Below, in pieces: positions 1-14,340 of a DNA stretch of 64,000 bases. A model generated the notes under the pieces. The model did no database searches. It saw nothing but the letters and a program-made list of their open reading frames with translations, and had not been told where the DNA came from. Where the stretch lies: assembly GCA_964016885.1 (NCBI GenBank), contig OZ024745.1, positions 117,614,001 to 117,678,000 of the forward strand, in the 5' to 3' direction. The stretch is from Eledone cirrhosa. Lineage: Eukaryota. The position numbers and the translations under genes were made by a program. The first letter of the stretch is position 1, and every line of letters starts with the position of its first letter.

Positions 1-3000
1 TAACTTGGCTGACAGTCTACAGTCTATATAACTTGGCTGACAGTCTACAATCTATATAACTTGGCTGACAATCTACAGTCTATATAACTTGGCTGACAGT
101 CTACAATCTATATAACTTGGCTGACAGTCTACAATATATATAACTTGGCTGACAATCTACAATCTATATAACTTGGCTGACAATCTACAATCTATATAAC
201 TTGGCTGACAATCTACAATCTATATAACTTGGCTGACAATCTACAGTCTATATAACTTGGCTGACAATCTACAATCTATATAACTTGGCTGACAATCTAC
301 AGTCTATATAACTTGGCTGACAGTCTACAATCTATATAACTTGGCTGACAGTCTACAATCTATATAACTTGGCTGACAATCTACAGTCTATATAACTTGG
401 CTGACAATCTACAATCTATATAACTTGGCTGACAATCTACAATCTATATAACTTGGCTGACAATCTACAATCTATATAACTTGGCTGACAATCTACAATC
501 TATATAACTTGGCTGACAATCTACAGTCTATATTACTTGGCTGACAGTCTACAATCTATATAACTTGGCTGACAGTCTACAATCTATATAACTTGGCTGA
601 CAATCTACAGTCTATATAACTTGGCTGACAATCTACAATCTATATAACTTGGCTGACAGTCTACAATCTATATAACTTGGCTGACAGTCTACAATCTATA
701 TAACTTGGCTGACAGTCTACAATCTATATAACTTGGCTGACAGTCTACAATCTATATAACTTGGCTGACAATCTACAATCTATATAACTTGGCTGACAAT
801 CTACAGTCTATATAACTTGGCTGACAGTCTACAATCTATATAACTTGGCTGACAATCTACAATATATATAACTTGGCTGACAGTCTACAGTCTATATAAC
901 TTGGCTGACAATCTACAATATATATAACTTGGCTGACAGTCTACAGTCTATATAACTTGGCTGACAGTCTACAATCTATATAACTTGGCTGACAGTCTAC
1001 AATATATATAACTTGGCTGACAGTCTACAATCTATATAACTTGGCTGACAGTCTACAATATATATAACTTGGCTGACAGTCTACAATCTATATAACTTGG
1101 CTGACAATCTACAATCTATATAACTTGGCTGACAGTCTACAATATATATAACTTGGCTGACAATCTACAATATATATAACTTGGCTGACAATCTACAATA
1201 TATATAACTTGGCTGACAGTCTACAATCTATATAACTTGGCTGACAGTCTACAATATATATAACTTGGCTGACAATCTACAATCTATATAACTTGGCTGA
1301 CAATCTACAATATATATAACTTGGCTGACAGTCTACAATCTATATAACTTGGCTGACAATCTACAATATATATAACTTGGCTGACAGTCTACAATGTATA
1401 TAACTTGGCTGACAATCTACAATATATATAACTTGGCTGACAGTCTACAATCTATATAACTTGGCTGACAGTCTACAATATATATAACTTGGCTGACAAT
1501 CTACAATCTATATAACTTGGCTGACAATCTACAATATATATAACTTGGCTGACAATCTACAATCTATATAACTTGGCTGACAATCTACAATATATATAAC
1601 TTGGCTGACAATCTACAATCTATATAACTTGGCTGACAATCTACAATCTATATAACTTGGCTGACAGTCTACAATCTTTATAACTTGGCTGACAATCTAC
1701 AGTCTATATAACTTGGCTGACAATCTACAATATATATAACTTGGCTGACAGTCTACAATCTATATAACTTGGCTGACAGTCTACAATATATATAACTTGG
1801 CTGACAATCTACAATCTATATAACTTGGCTGACAATCTACAATCTATATAACTTGGCTGACAATCTACAATCTATATAACTTGGCTGACAATCTACAATA
1901 TATATAACTTGGCTGACAGTCTACAATCTATATAACTTGGCTGACAATCTACAATATATATAACTTGGCTGACAGTCTACAATGTATATAACTTGGCTGA
2001 CAATCTACAATATATATAACTTGGCTGACAGTCTACAATCTATATAACTTGGCTGACAGTCTACAGTCTATATAACTTGGCTGACAGTCTACAATCTATA
2101 TAACTTGGCTGACAATCTACAATCTATATAACTTGGCTGACAGTCTACAATCTATATAACTTGGCTGACAGTCTACAATATATATAACTTGGCTGACAAT
2201 CTACAATCTATATAACTTGGCTGACAGTCTACAATATATATAACTTGGCTGACAATCTACAATCTATATAACTTGGCTGACAGTCTACAATCTATATAAC
2301 TTGGCTGACAGTCTACAATATATATAACTTGGCTGACAGTCTACAATCTATATAACTTGGCTGACAGTCTACAATATATATAACTTGGCTGACAGTCTAC
2401 AATCTATATAACTTGGCTGACAATCTACAATCTATATAACTTGGCTGACAATCTACAGTCTATATAACTTGGCTGACAGTCTACAGTCTATATAACTTGG
2501 CTGACAGTCTACAATCTATATGACTTGGCTGACAGTCTACAATCTATATAACTTGGCTGACAGTCTACAATCTATATGACTTGGCTGACAGTCTACAATC
2601 TATATAACTTGGCTGACAATCTACAATCTATATAACTTGGCTGACAGTCTACAATATATATAACTTGGCTGACAGTCTACAATCTATATAACTTGGCTGA
2701 CAGTCTACAATCTATATAACTTGGCTGACAGTCTACAATCTATATAACTTGGCTGACAGTCTACAATCTATATAACTTGGCTGACAATCTACAATCATTA
2801 TAACTTGGCTGACAATCTACAATCTATATAACTTGGCTGACAATCTACAATCTATATAACTTGGCTGACAGTCTACAGTCTATATAACTTGGCTGACAAT
2901 CTACAATATATATAACTTGGCTGACAATCTACAATCTATATAACTTGGCTGACAGTCTACAATCTATATAACTTGGCTGACAGTCTACAATCTATATAAC

Positions 3001-6000
3001 TTGGCTGACAGTCTACAATCTATATAACTTGGCTGACAATCTACAATATATATAACTTGGCTGACAATCTACAATCTATATAACTTGGCTGACAGTCTAC
3101 AATCTATATAACTTGGCTGACAGTCTACAATCTATATAACTTGGCTGACAGTCTACAATCTATATAACTTGGCTGACAATCTACAATCTATATAACTTGG
3201 CTGACAATCTACAATCTATATAACTTGGCTGACAGTCTACAATCTATATAACTTGGCTGACAGTCTACAATCTATATAACTTGGCTGACAGTCTACAATC
3301 TATATAACTTGGCTGACAATCTACAGTCTATATAACTTGGCTGACAGTCTACAATCTATATAACTTGGCTGACAATCTACAATCTATATAACTTGGCTGA
3401 CAGTCTACAATCTATATAACTTGGCTGACAGTCTACAATCTATATAACTTGGCTGACAGTCTACAATCAATATAACTTGGCTGACAATCTACAATCTATA
3501 TAACTTGGCTGACAGTCTACAATCTATATAACTTGGCTGACAGTCTACAATCTATATAACTTGGCTGACAGTCTACAATCTATATAACTTGGCTGACAAT
3601 CTACAGTCTATATAACTTGGCTGACAGTCTACAATCTATATAACTTGGCTGACAATCTACAATCTATATAACTTGGCTGACAGTCTACAATCTATATAAC
3701 TTGGCTGACAGTCTACAATCTATATAACTTGGCTGACAGTCTACAATATATATAACTTGGCTGACAGTCTACAATCTATATAACTTGGCTGACAGTCTAC
3801 AATCTATATAACTTGGCTGACAGTCTACAATCTATATAACTTGGCTGACAGTCTACAATCTATATAACTTGGCTGACAGTCTACAATCTATATAACTTGG
3901 CTGACAGTCTACAATCTATATAACTTGGCTGACAATCTACAGTCTATATAACTTGGCTGACAGTCTACAATCTATATAACTTGGCTGACAGTCTACAATC
4001 TATATAACTTGGCTGACAATCTACAGTCTATATAACTTGGCTGACAGTCTACAATCTATATAACTTGGCTGACAGTCTACAATCTATATAACTTGGCTGA
4101 CAGTCTACAATCTATATAACTTGGCTGACAGTCTGCAATCTATATAACTTGGCTGACAATCTACAGTCTATATAACTTGGCTGACAGTCTACAATCTATA
4201 TAACTTGGCTGACAGTCTACAATCTATATAACTTGGCTGACAGTCTACAATCTATATAACTTGGCTGACAGTCTACAATCTATATAACTTGGCTGACAAT
4301 CTACAGTCTATATAACTTGGCTGACAGTCTACAATCTATATAACTTGGCTGACAATCTACAATCTATATAACTTGGCTGACAGTCTACAATCTATATAAC
4401 TTGGCTGACAGTCTACAATCTATATAACTTGGCTGACAGTCTACAATATATATAACTTGGCTGACAATCTACAGTCTATATAACTTGGCTGACAGTCTAC
4501 AATCTATATAACTTGGCTGACAATCTACAATCTATATAACTTGGCTGACAGTCTACAATCTATATAACTTGGCTGACAGTCTACAATCTATATAACTTGG
4601 CTGACAGTCTACAATCTATATAACTTGGCTGACAGTCTACAATCTATATAACTTGGCTGACAGTCTACAATCTATATAACTTGGCTGACAATCTACAATC
4701 TATATAACTTGGCTGACAGTCTACAATCTATATAACTTGGCTGACAATCTACAATCTATATAACTTGGCTGACAGTCTACAATCTATATAACTTGGCTGA
4801 CAATCTACAGTCTATATAACTTGGCTGACAGTCTACAATCTATATAACTTGGCTGACAATCTACAATCTATATAACTTGGCTGACAGTCTACAATCTATA
4901 TAACTTGGCTGACAGTCTACAATCTATATAACTTGGCTGACAGTCTACAATATATATAACTTGGCTGACAGTCTACAATCTATATAACTTGGCTGACAGT
5001 CTACAATCTATATAACTTGGCTGACAGTCTACAGTCTATATAACTTGGCTGACAGTCTACAATCTATATAACTTGGCTGACAGTCTACAATATATATAAC
5101 TTGGCTGACAATCTACAGTCTATATAACTTGGCTGACAATCTACAATCTATATAACTTGGCTGACAATCTACAGTCTATATAACTTGGCTGACAGTCTAC
5201 AATCTATATAACTTGGCTGACAGTCTACAGTCTATATAACTTGGCTGACAGTCTACAATCTATATAACTTGGCTGACAATCTACAGTCTATATAACTTGG
5301 CTGACAGTCTACAATATATATAACTTGGCTGACAGTCTACAATATATATAACTTGGCTGACAGTCTACAATATATATAACTTGGCTGACAATCTACAGTC
5401 TATATAACTTGGCTGACAATCTACAATCTATATAACTTGGCTGACAGTCTACAATATATATAACTTGGCTGACAATCTACAATCTATATAACTTGGCTGA
5501 CAGTCTACAATCTATATAACTTGGCTGACAATCTACAATCTATATAACTTGGCTGACAATCTACAATCTATATAACTTGGCTGACAATCTACAATCATTA
5601 TAACTTGGCTGACAATCTACAATCTATATAACTTGGCTGACAGTCTACAGTCTATATAACTTGGCTGACAATCTACAGTCTATATAACTTGGCTGACAAT
5701 CTACAATCATTATAACTTGGCTGACAGTCTACAATCTATATAACTTGGCTGACAGTCTACAATCTATATAACTTGGCTGACAATCTACAATCTATATAAC
5801 TTGGCTGACAGTCTACAATCTTTATAACTTGGCTGACAATCTACAATCATTATAACTTGGCTGACAGTCTACAATCTATATAACTTGGCTGACAGTCTAC
5901 AATCTATATAACTTGGCTGACAATCTACAATCTATATAACTTGGCTGACAGTCTACAATCTATATAACTTGGCTGACAGTCTACAATCTATATAACTTGG

Positions 6001-7868
6001 CTGACAGTCTACAATCTATATAACTTGGCTGACAGTCTACAATATATATAACTTGGCTGACAATCTACAATATATATAACTTGGCTGACAGTCTACAATC
6101 TATATAACTTGGCTGACAGTCTACAATCTATATAACTTGGCTGACAGTCTACAATCTATATAACTTGGCTGACAGTCTACAATCTATATAACTTGGCTGA
6201 CAGTCTACAATCTATATAACTTGGCTGACAGTCTACAATCTATATAACTTGGCTGACAATCTACAATCTATATAACTTGGCTGACAATCTACAATCTATA
6301 TAACTTGGCTGACAGTCTACAATATATATAACTTGGCTGACAATCTACAATCTATATAACTTGGCTGACAGTCTACAATATATATAACTTGGCTGACAGT
6401 CTACAATATATATAACTTGGCTGACAATCTACAATATATATAACTTGGCTGACAATCTACAATCTATATAACTTGGCTGACAGTCTACAATATATATAAC
6501 TTGGCTGACAGTCTACAATCTATATAACTTGGCTGACAGTCTACAATCTATATAACTTGGCTGACAGTCTACAATCTATATAACTTGGCTGACAGTCTAC
6601 AATCTATATAACTTGGCTGACAGTCTACAATCTATATAACTTGGCTGACAATCTACAATCTATATAACTTGGCTGACAATCTACAATCTATATAACTTGG
6701 CTGACAGTCTACAATATATATAACTTGGCTGACAATCTACAATCTATATAACTTGGCTGACAGTCTACAATATATATAACTTGGCTGACAGTCTACAATC
6801 TATATAACTTGGCTGACAGTCTACAATCTATATAACTTGGCTGACAGTCTACAATATATATAACTTGGCTGACAATCTACAATATATATAACTTGGCTGA
6901 CAATCTACAATCTATATAACTTGGCTGACAATCTACAATCTATATAACTTGGCTGACAGTCTACAATATATATAACTTGGCTGACAATCTACAATATATA
7001 TAACTTGGCTGACAATCTACAATCTATATAACTTGGCTGACAGTCTACAATATATATAACTTGGCTGACAATCTACAATCTATATAACTTGGCTGACAGT
7101 CTACAATATATATAACTTGGCTGACAATCTACAATCTATATAACTTGGCTGACAGTCTACAATCTATATAACTTGGCTGACAGTCTACAATCTATATAAC
7201 TTGGCTGACAGTCTACAATCTATATAACTTGGCTGACAGTCTACAATATATATAACTTGGCTGACAGTCTACAATATATATAACTTGGCTGACAGTCTAC
7301 AATCTATATAACTTGGCTGACAGTCTACAATATATATAACTTGGCTGACAATCTACAATCTATATAACTTGGCTGACAGTCTACAATCTATATAACTTGG
7401 CTGACAGTCTACAATCTATATAACTTGGCTGACAGTCTACAATCTATATAACTTGGCTGACAATCTACAATATATATAACTTGGCTGACAGTCTACAATC
7501 TATATAACTTGGCTGACAGTCTACAGTCTATATAACTTGGCTGACAGTCTACAATCTATATAACTTGGCTGACAATCTACAATCTATATAACTTGGCTGA
7601 CAATCTACAATCTATATAACTTGGCTGACAGTCTACAATCTATATAACTTGGCTGACAATCTACAATCTATATAACTTGGCTGACAGTCTACAGTCTATA
7701 TAACTTGGCTGACAGTCTACAATCTATATAACTTGGCTGACAGTCTACAATCTATATAACTTGGCTGACAGTCTACAATCTATATAACTTGGCTGACAGT
7801 CTACAATCTATATAACTTGGCTGACAATCTACAATCTATATAACTTGGCTGACAGCCTGCAATCTTTA
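1..7868. repeat. 28-bp tandem satellite, ~280 copies, truncated by window start; consensus TAACTTGGCTGACA(G/A)TCTACA(A/G)T(C/A)TATA
   Basis: Unit restarts every 28 nt and keeps phase over the whole array (TAACTTGGCT at 1, 421, 841 ... 7561); degenerate last unit at 7841-7868. Confidence 0.99.
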
Positions 7869-8614
7869 GTGAGATAGAAATTAAAACTAATGTGAAACAA
7901 CAAGAATTTAGAGGAGAGATCATAATTTTCTTGTTTCTTAGATGGGTTATGTCCCTTAGATTGTATTCAATGAGAAAAGTGTAACATACTAGTGAATAAG
8001 TGTTGCTTATGAAATGCACCACCTGATATTAAAGATATGTTAAATTGTGTATTGGGACAGAGTAGTGAAAACATTAGATTAAACGCCTCTCTACTCTAAG
8101 TTCAAATTTCACCCAAGTCAACTTTGCTTTTAAGGTTGATAGATAATGTACCATTTCAGGGGGATGTGGATTGACAAAATCAGATTCGAATGGGAGGCTT
8201 TGAAATATCTGTTTCAGCTCTCTACATTTTGAGTTCAAATCCCACCTGTTATGATCAGTAGATAACATACACCTTCCCTAGCAAGCTGGCTTCTTGTGTG
8301 AAGGAATTAGCCTTAAAAAGTATTGAAATCTGCTCTTAATGTTCCATACTCTGCTGTGAATGGAAAAAACGATTTGAAGAAATAATTGTATAAGAAGGGT
8401 TCTAGTGTAATGTGCTGTATATAAGATTGAGAATTTTGTATAAGCTTATTGCATGTAATGAGTTTTTGTTATAAGGTTGGTATAGAGGTGGTATTTTTGT
8501 AATAGTATGTGTCATGCATTTGTCCATGTAAGGTGGTGCATTTGGGAGCGTTTACTATCATAAGTTGTGAAGTTTGTGGAGGCCTGTGAAATGAGGCAAG
8601 CATGCTCTGCTGAA

Positions 8615-8905
8615 TGTGCATGAACTGAGAGTATATCTGGTTATAAGGGGAATCAGATATATTTTGCCATTGAGAAGACTAAACATGTGGTCCATATGAC
8701 ATAACAGTTAGGTAAAGAAGTACCAAGTGATTCATTTGGGGGAAAGACAATATGAGATGAGGAGGAGTGGTGAAAGTTGATCTCAGGAGGCTAAACCTTA
8801 TGGAGATGATAAAGGACTGCAACAAATGGCAAGACACTATGCTGGTGAAGACCTGTCAAACCCACACAAGCATAGAAAATTTGGGATAAAATGATGAGGA
8901 TGATG
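8615..8905 (+). mobile_element. Decayed RTE-clade LINE 3' remnant
   Basis: Similar to RTE 3' ends at 46335-46660 and 20562-20898; ends in degenerate (GAT)n tail. Confidence 0.6.
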
Positions 8906-8952
8906 TTATGTATAAACCAAACTCATTTTTATACAATATGTACTATAGTCAA

Positions 8953-9285
8953 GGTGGCAAATTAGCAGAGTCATTAGTACAAAGGATAGTGTGCTTTGTT
9001 GTATTCAGTCCAGATCTCTGAGTTCAAATCCTGCTGAGGTCAACTTTGCCTTTCATCCTTTTGGGGTTGATAAAAAGAAGTACCAGTCTTGTACAGGAGT
9101 AGATTCTTCCTCTATATCTCTTTCTCACTCTCCATCCTTATCTGGAAGAAATCTGCTGTACTCAGGCCTGGAGAGAGTTGGGTTCTACCAGATTTAAAAT
9201 GCCCTAGAAATGCTGTATGCCAATACAGCACCCCTATGACTCCATCAGGAGTTACAGGAACATACTATGGTTGCTTTTTATCATG
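8953..9285 (+). mobile_element. tRNA-derived SINE (long form)
   Basis: A-box-like TAGCAGAGTCATTAG, B-box GAGTTCAAATCC, shared core GAGGTCAACTTTGCCTTTCATCC...GATAAA...GTACCAGT. Confidence 0.85.
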
Positions 9286-9508
9286 ATAATCTATTTTGTT
9301 GCCTTGGCATTATTTAAAAATTGGGACCAATAGATTTCAATATTTAAAATAAGCCAATTTTTTTAAATATCAGTGAAGTTATCTTGTTCATTTTAATTCT
9401 TGTCATAATAGAGTTGGTGTGTTATATTAATATTTAAATGTTCTTGTTTTTTGTATGTTTCAAATCTACTATTTTTAGTTTTAAATAATTGAAAAACTAT
9501 ATTTTCAG

Positions 9509-9701
9509 AACACTGTTTGCCGAAGTGATTACGGAATTTCAGAATGATATCACTTCCATCTGGAAAGGGTTAACTCCTTTCACTCAGTATACATCAATAA
9601 TTATTTTTGTGGCACTTGCACTTGTGGCCATCTTTGTCCCTATGTTTAGACATCTGAATATTGAAGTCGATGAAAAGTACTACAGCATGCCTCCATTTTA
9701 G
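9509..9701 (+). CDS. Terminal coding exon of a C-terminally membrane-anchored protein (TM + ~20-aa tail ending SMPPF*); possible KASH-domain protein
   Basis: Acceptor TATATTTTCAG at 9498-9508, open frame TLFAEVITEFQNDITSIWKGLTPFTQYTSIIIFVALALVAIFVPMFRHLNIEVDEKYYSMPPF, TAG at 9699-9701, non-repetitive, followed by AT-rich 3' UTR-like sequence with AATAAA near 10289. Confidence 0.7.
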
Positions 9702-11214
9702 TATATATATCTTCAAACTGTTATCTATCTTGTTGCCAAAAAGTTAACCAGCAGTATGAAAATATATTTGGCAAGCTCAGGGGATAGCACTAAATTGTGC
9801 TTAATATTTTTTTTTCTGTTAATATTGATTATATTATATTAAAGTGATATATGAACAATTCTATTCATGATACCTTCGTGACTCTTACCTTTCTCAAAAA
9901 GGATTTTATTGGATTCAGAAGTTTATTTTTAAAAAAGACTCAAAGTAAAGATAATCTTTACCACCTTGTTACTATTACAGATATTTCAGTAATATTAATC
10001 ACATATTTCAGAAAGTGACTTGTAAAAAAAACATCTTATTTTTCTTTTGTTTTGTAGATAATTCAATTTTAATAATAATTCTTAAAGAAAAAATTAGTAT
10101 TTTTTTTTTATCATATTAAATAGATATTTAGTATAAATGAAAACATTTTCTCATGTAACGAAAATCTTTATATAAAAAATGGTTTCATGATAAAAGCTCA
10201 TCACATGATTTTTCTTCATAGTCCCTGATTAAACCTTCATGAGAAAAATATTTTTGTTAAATCATCATTTTACTAAATCATTTCTACCAATAAAAATTAT
10301 TGCAAAGCATTTTCCCACAATTTGTTCTTATTTGTCTGAATATCTATGATAAAAAGAAACTTGTAAAATAGTAACTCCTGGTTCTTTAATTTAATCTATA
10401 ATAAAATTTAATTTATTCAATATCTTGTTTTCTTGTCTTTTTTTTTATACTGATTTGTCCTGAGACCTGAGTATTATGTGTCATCATCCATGTTTCCATG
10501 CTAGCATGGGTTAAACGAGTTGTCCCATTGTAAGACAAGTCAGATCAGGTGACCATGTCTTGCTCATACAGAACTGGTTCTGACTTTTAAAACTATTGGA
10601 AATTATTTCTTTTTTAGTTAACCATACCACATGAGAAATATCAAAAGATTGGGGCAAGGGCTTTCTTTTATCTTCAGCTTCTCCCCCTCTCTTTCTTTAT
10701 GTCTCTTCACCTTTCTATTACTCTTCAACCTCTCTCCACCAAACATGAGAAGTGGAGACGAAAAATAAAATTAGTTTTATGATGACCACTTTTTTACCCT
10801 TCACCCTCATTAGGCTGCTGTTTCTACATGTGTAAAGACCACTTCGAGAACCACATTTTGACACTTCACTCTGAATTTGGCAGCTATTTCTAGCACGTAT
10901 AAAGACCACATCCTACCATCTTTAACAACAAGGAAAGATTTCACATTGAATAATATAGTCCTAGATAGCCATAAACAGAATGGTCACAGCTGTAATGTTT
11001 TTGTCATAAGTTTATTTGATCAGAGCTAACTTGTAAAAAAACATCAACTTTAAACATATATTGACTTAATCATCATCATCATCAGTGTTGATATAATTAT
11101 GTAAATAGATATCAATGACCTGAGCCTCTACCTTATTGTTATGGTTCACACCTGCATAGGCTTAGCTGGTCTCGTATCTTGTGGTATCCATAGATGCATT
11201 AACCTTTTTCGTTT

Positions 11215-12790
11215 TCTTCTCCCACTTATTCCTGAGAGGGCCGTGGGGGCAGAGTCCTCAAACACTCCTTCCAGCAGGTCCTGTTAGAAGCAACGGTCTC
11301 CAACTGTTCCGACTGGATCCCCAAGCAAGACCAGCCAAACTTATGGATGTTGTCCATACTCCTGGGTCTCCTGCTGGTTGGTTTTGCCCGTAAAATCTGT
11401 CCAGTGATTCTTTCTTGAGACATTCTAACCACATGCCCATAGTATCGGAGCTGTGATTTCTCAATTCAGACAAGTAGCAGCTCTACCTGGAGTGACTCTC
11501 TGATCTTCAAGCTACGCACTCTATCGAGAAATGTTATCCCAAAGACCCTTCGGAGGAACCCCATTTCTGTTGCTTGTATTCACAGTCATATTCTTTCAGT
11601 CATTACCTAAATTTCACGACCATATGTAAGGGTTGGCACGAATACCGAATTGAAGATAGTGAGTTTGGTTTTTATGCCTACCTCCCTTCTTCTGATTACT
11701 GAATGCTGAAGCTGGTGCATTGCACCAACTCCTCCAATTCTTGAACTTAATTCAACCTCCTGCCTTCCATCACTTGTGAACACAAGATACTTAAACTTCT
11801 CTACCTGCTTCAGTGGAACTCCATTCACATGTAGAGTGCATTGCACAGGCTTCCTTGAAAGGACTAGTGTCTCAGTTTTCACAGCATTGATTTTCTTTTC
11901 AGCCATGCAGCACTCGGCATCAAACCTATTGAGTGCAAGTTGGAGATCACCTTCTGTCAAGTTAAGTAATATCATATCATCTGCAAATACCAACCGACTA
12001 ATTTTACACTCGCCAATCATGATACCACTTCCAACCCGGCTGTGCATGTAAATAATGAACAGAAGAAGTGATAGAACACACCCTTGGCAGAGTCCGACTC
12101 CCTCATTGAATTGTTTTGATTTAGCACCATTTATCCGAACACAAATACTCGGACATTCATATAGAGACATCGGAGCAGCAAGGAACTAACCATCAATCCC
12201 ATACTCATTGCCCAGCCTTCTACAGCAGGGCCTAAGGAATGTGGTTGTATGCTTTTTCAAGGTAGACAAAACAAGAATATACATCTTGGCCATACTCTCA
12301 CAATTTCTCGAATACTTGCCGCAGTGTAAATATTTGGTCGGCTGTGCTGTGTCGGGTAAAAACAAAACCACACTGTTCATCAACTAGCTTGGACTCGACA
12401 ATCTCCCTGCATCTCTTTTCCAGACACTTAACATAGACTTTACCGGAGAGACTTAACAAGAAGATCCCTCTGTAATTGGGACAATCTCTCTTGTCTCCCT
12501 TTTTGAAAATTGGGCTTATCACTCCCGATTGTCATTGCCTAGGTCCCTTTCCAGAGACAATAACAAAATTATAGACCTCTGTCTCTGATTCCCCTTATAC
12601 CATGTATATTTATGGATGTCTCTGGGCTGTAAAAAGGTGTTCATAATAGAGAGTTCATTGCTAGAACAGAAGTCCAGCAAGGCCTCTCCGTTCGTATTTA
12701 GACCGGGGTCGCCATTCTTTCCAGTCACTCCTTTCCATGTCAGGTGGTCAGTGCCAACTTGTACATTGAAGTCTCCCATCAGGATATATG
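11215..12790 (-). mobile_element. Decayed RTE-clade LINE (APE endonuclease + RT fragments, internal deletion, frameshifts)
   Basis: ORF pieces ILMGDFNVQVG..NGEALLDFC..KYTW (endonuclease); PIFKKGDKRDCPNYRGI, QGCVLSLLLF, FADD, VEKFKYL (RT). Confidence 0.92.
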
Positions 12791-12791
12791 A

Positions 12792-12937
12792 CTCTCCAAC
12801 TACTCTCCAACCATCCTCCAACTACCCTCCAACTACTCTCCAACTACCCTCCAACTATCCTCCAACCACCCTCCAACTACCCTCCAATACCCTCCAACCA
12901 CCCTCCAACCACCCTCCAACTATCCTCCAACTACCCT
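12792..12937. repeat. 11-bp tandem repeat (CCCTCCAACTA)n, ~13 copies
   Basis: Direct reading; sits at the 5' breakpoint of the RTE fragment. Confidence 0.9.
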
Positions 12938-13042
12938 CGTCTTATCATACACAACTCCTCATTTTTAAATATATCTATATTAAAATTTTCCATGGAAAAT
13001 GTTTAAAAGAAATATTTCTTAAATAACGTTCCAAACATTAGC

Positions 13043-13427
13043 TTAACCCTTTAGCATTTACATTACCTTATATTTACTATTGTATTTTCACTGTAAAGAC
13101 TTTACCTTATATTTACTATTGTATTTTCACTGTCAAGGCTTTACCTTATATTTACTATTGTATTTTCACTGTCAAGGCTTTACCTTATATTTACTATTGT
13201 ATTTTCACTGTCAAGGCTTTACCTTATATTTACTATTGTATTTTCATGGTAAAAGCTTTACCTTACATAATTATCTCACATAATATCGAATCTATGAGAT
13301 TTTGATATTATTTATTTTGAGAACAATACCTTAACATCAGTATGAGTGGCCATTTACAGCTGGTTTAAACAGAAAAAGGTGAGAGGATTCTGGTTGGATA
13401 TGGCTAGTTTAAATGCTAAAGGGTTAA
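13043..13427. mobile_element. piggyBac-type MITE family 1 (TTAA-CCCTTTAGCATTTA...TAAATGCTAAAGGG-TTAA) with internal 39-bp tandem expansion (~13066-13267, ~5 copies)
   Basis: TTAA at both ends, CCC/GGG termini, 14-bp TIR; internal sequence shared with six other copies in the window. Confidence 0.88.
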
Positions 13428-13429
13428 TT

Positions 13430-13625
13430 ATCGTTTCTGATTTTGGCACAAGGCTAACGATTTTGGAGAAAGGGAAAGTTGATTACTGGTACTTTTTTTC
13501 ATCGACTCCATGTGGATAAAAGGCAAAGTTAACCTCGGCAGAATTTGAGTTCAGAGTGTATAGGGCTGTAACTATATGCTGCACAGTATGTTGTCCAACA
13601 CTCTACCAATACTGCCAATCACTGC
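13430..13625 (-). mobile_element. tRNA-derived SINE (short form)
   Basis: Reverse complement of SINE core (AAAGGCAAAGTTAACCTCGGC..ATTTGAGTTCAGA). Confidence 0.8.
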
Positions 13626-13932
13626 CCTTTTGTCCCAGAAATATATAATGAGAATAGTAAGCTCTAAATGGATAAGCAGATCATTAATACTTTAAACAAG
13701 CAGTCATTGTAACTTGTTAGTCTTCATTGTGTCGGCCACCGATAATTGTTTGTACTTGATTTCTAACCTCTTTTTATTGTTGTTTTGAACAAGCTTTCAG
13801 TAGTTCCAGTTGTTCCAAACAGTTGTGCTAAAGGTGTTATCAGATTGCAGTTAATTTTAAGAGTAAGAGGAGGAAATCATTATTATCATCATCATCACTA
13901 TTTGATGCAACACTATTTAATCACTAACAATA

Positions 13933-14340
13933 CAACAGCAAACGAAATTTACCCTTACTTCTTCTTCGGCCGAGTTTACACTCGCAAAGATTCCACATGC
14001 TTTCTCCAATTGTCCCAGTCGAGCATGACATTTCTCAGTTCATCGATGTTATCAATGTTGGCATCTCTCAGCAGGGTATCAATGAATGAGACGGCCTGTC
14101 TTCCCACACTTCTTCGTCCAACTGCCAATTTCCAGAGCACAAGTTGTGATGCTATCTCTTCTAGATGACAGATGCAGAGCCCAGCCAGTTTCATTTGTCT
14201 GCAGGCAACTTTTTTTGAGACTGGTGGTAGTGATCTGTAAAATTATTCGGATTAAGATATGAACTCCGACGTATTCTTGTTTCTGAGTATTCCTTCAGAG
14301 GAATAATTATTCCAGTAATGGTAAATTTCATTTGCTGTTG
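13933..14340. mobile_element. Small TA-flanked TIR element (Tc1/mariner-like MITE) interrupted by an RTE fragment
   Basis: TA-CAACAGCAAACGAAATTTACCCTTAC ... GTAATGGTAAATTTCATTTGCTGTTG-TA, 26-bp inverted repeat with 2 mismatches. Confidence 0.55.
13958..14250 (-). mobile_element. RTE-like LINE 3' fragment
   Basis: ORF LAGLC..GRRSVGRQ..FIDTLLRD..MLDWDNWR is a typical RTE C-terminus; (GAA)n tail. Confidence 0.8.

Noticed and set aside
1-7868. CRISPR array or repetitive coding sequence
   Set aside because: No unique spacers; 28-nt unit cycles stop codons through all frames on both strands; eukaryotic context
12616-13283. Pro/Ser-rich and LLLYFHCQGF ORFs
   Set aside because: Translations of 11-bp and 39-bp tandem repeats and of antisense LINE sequence
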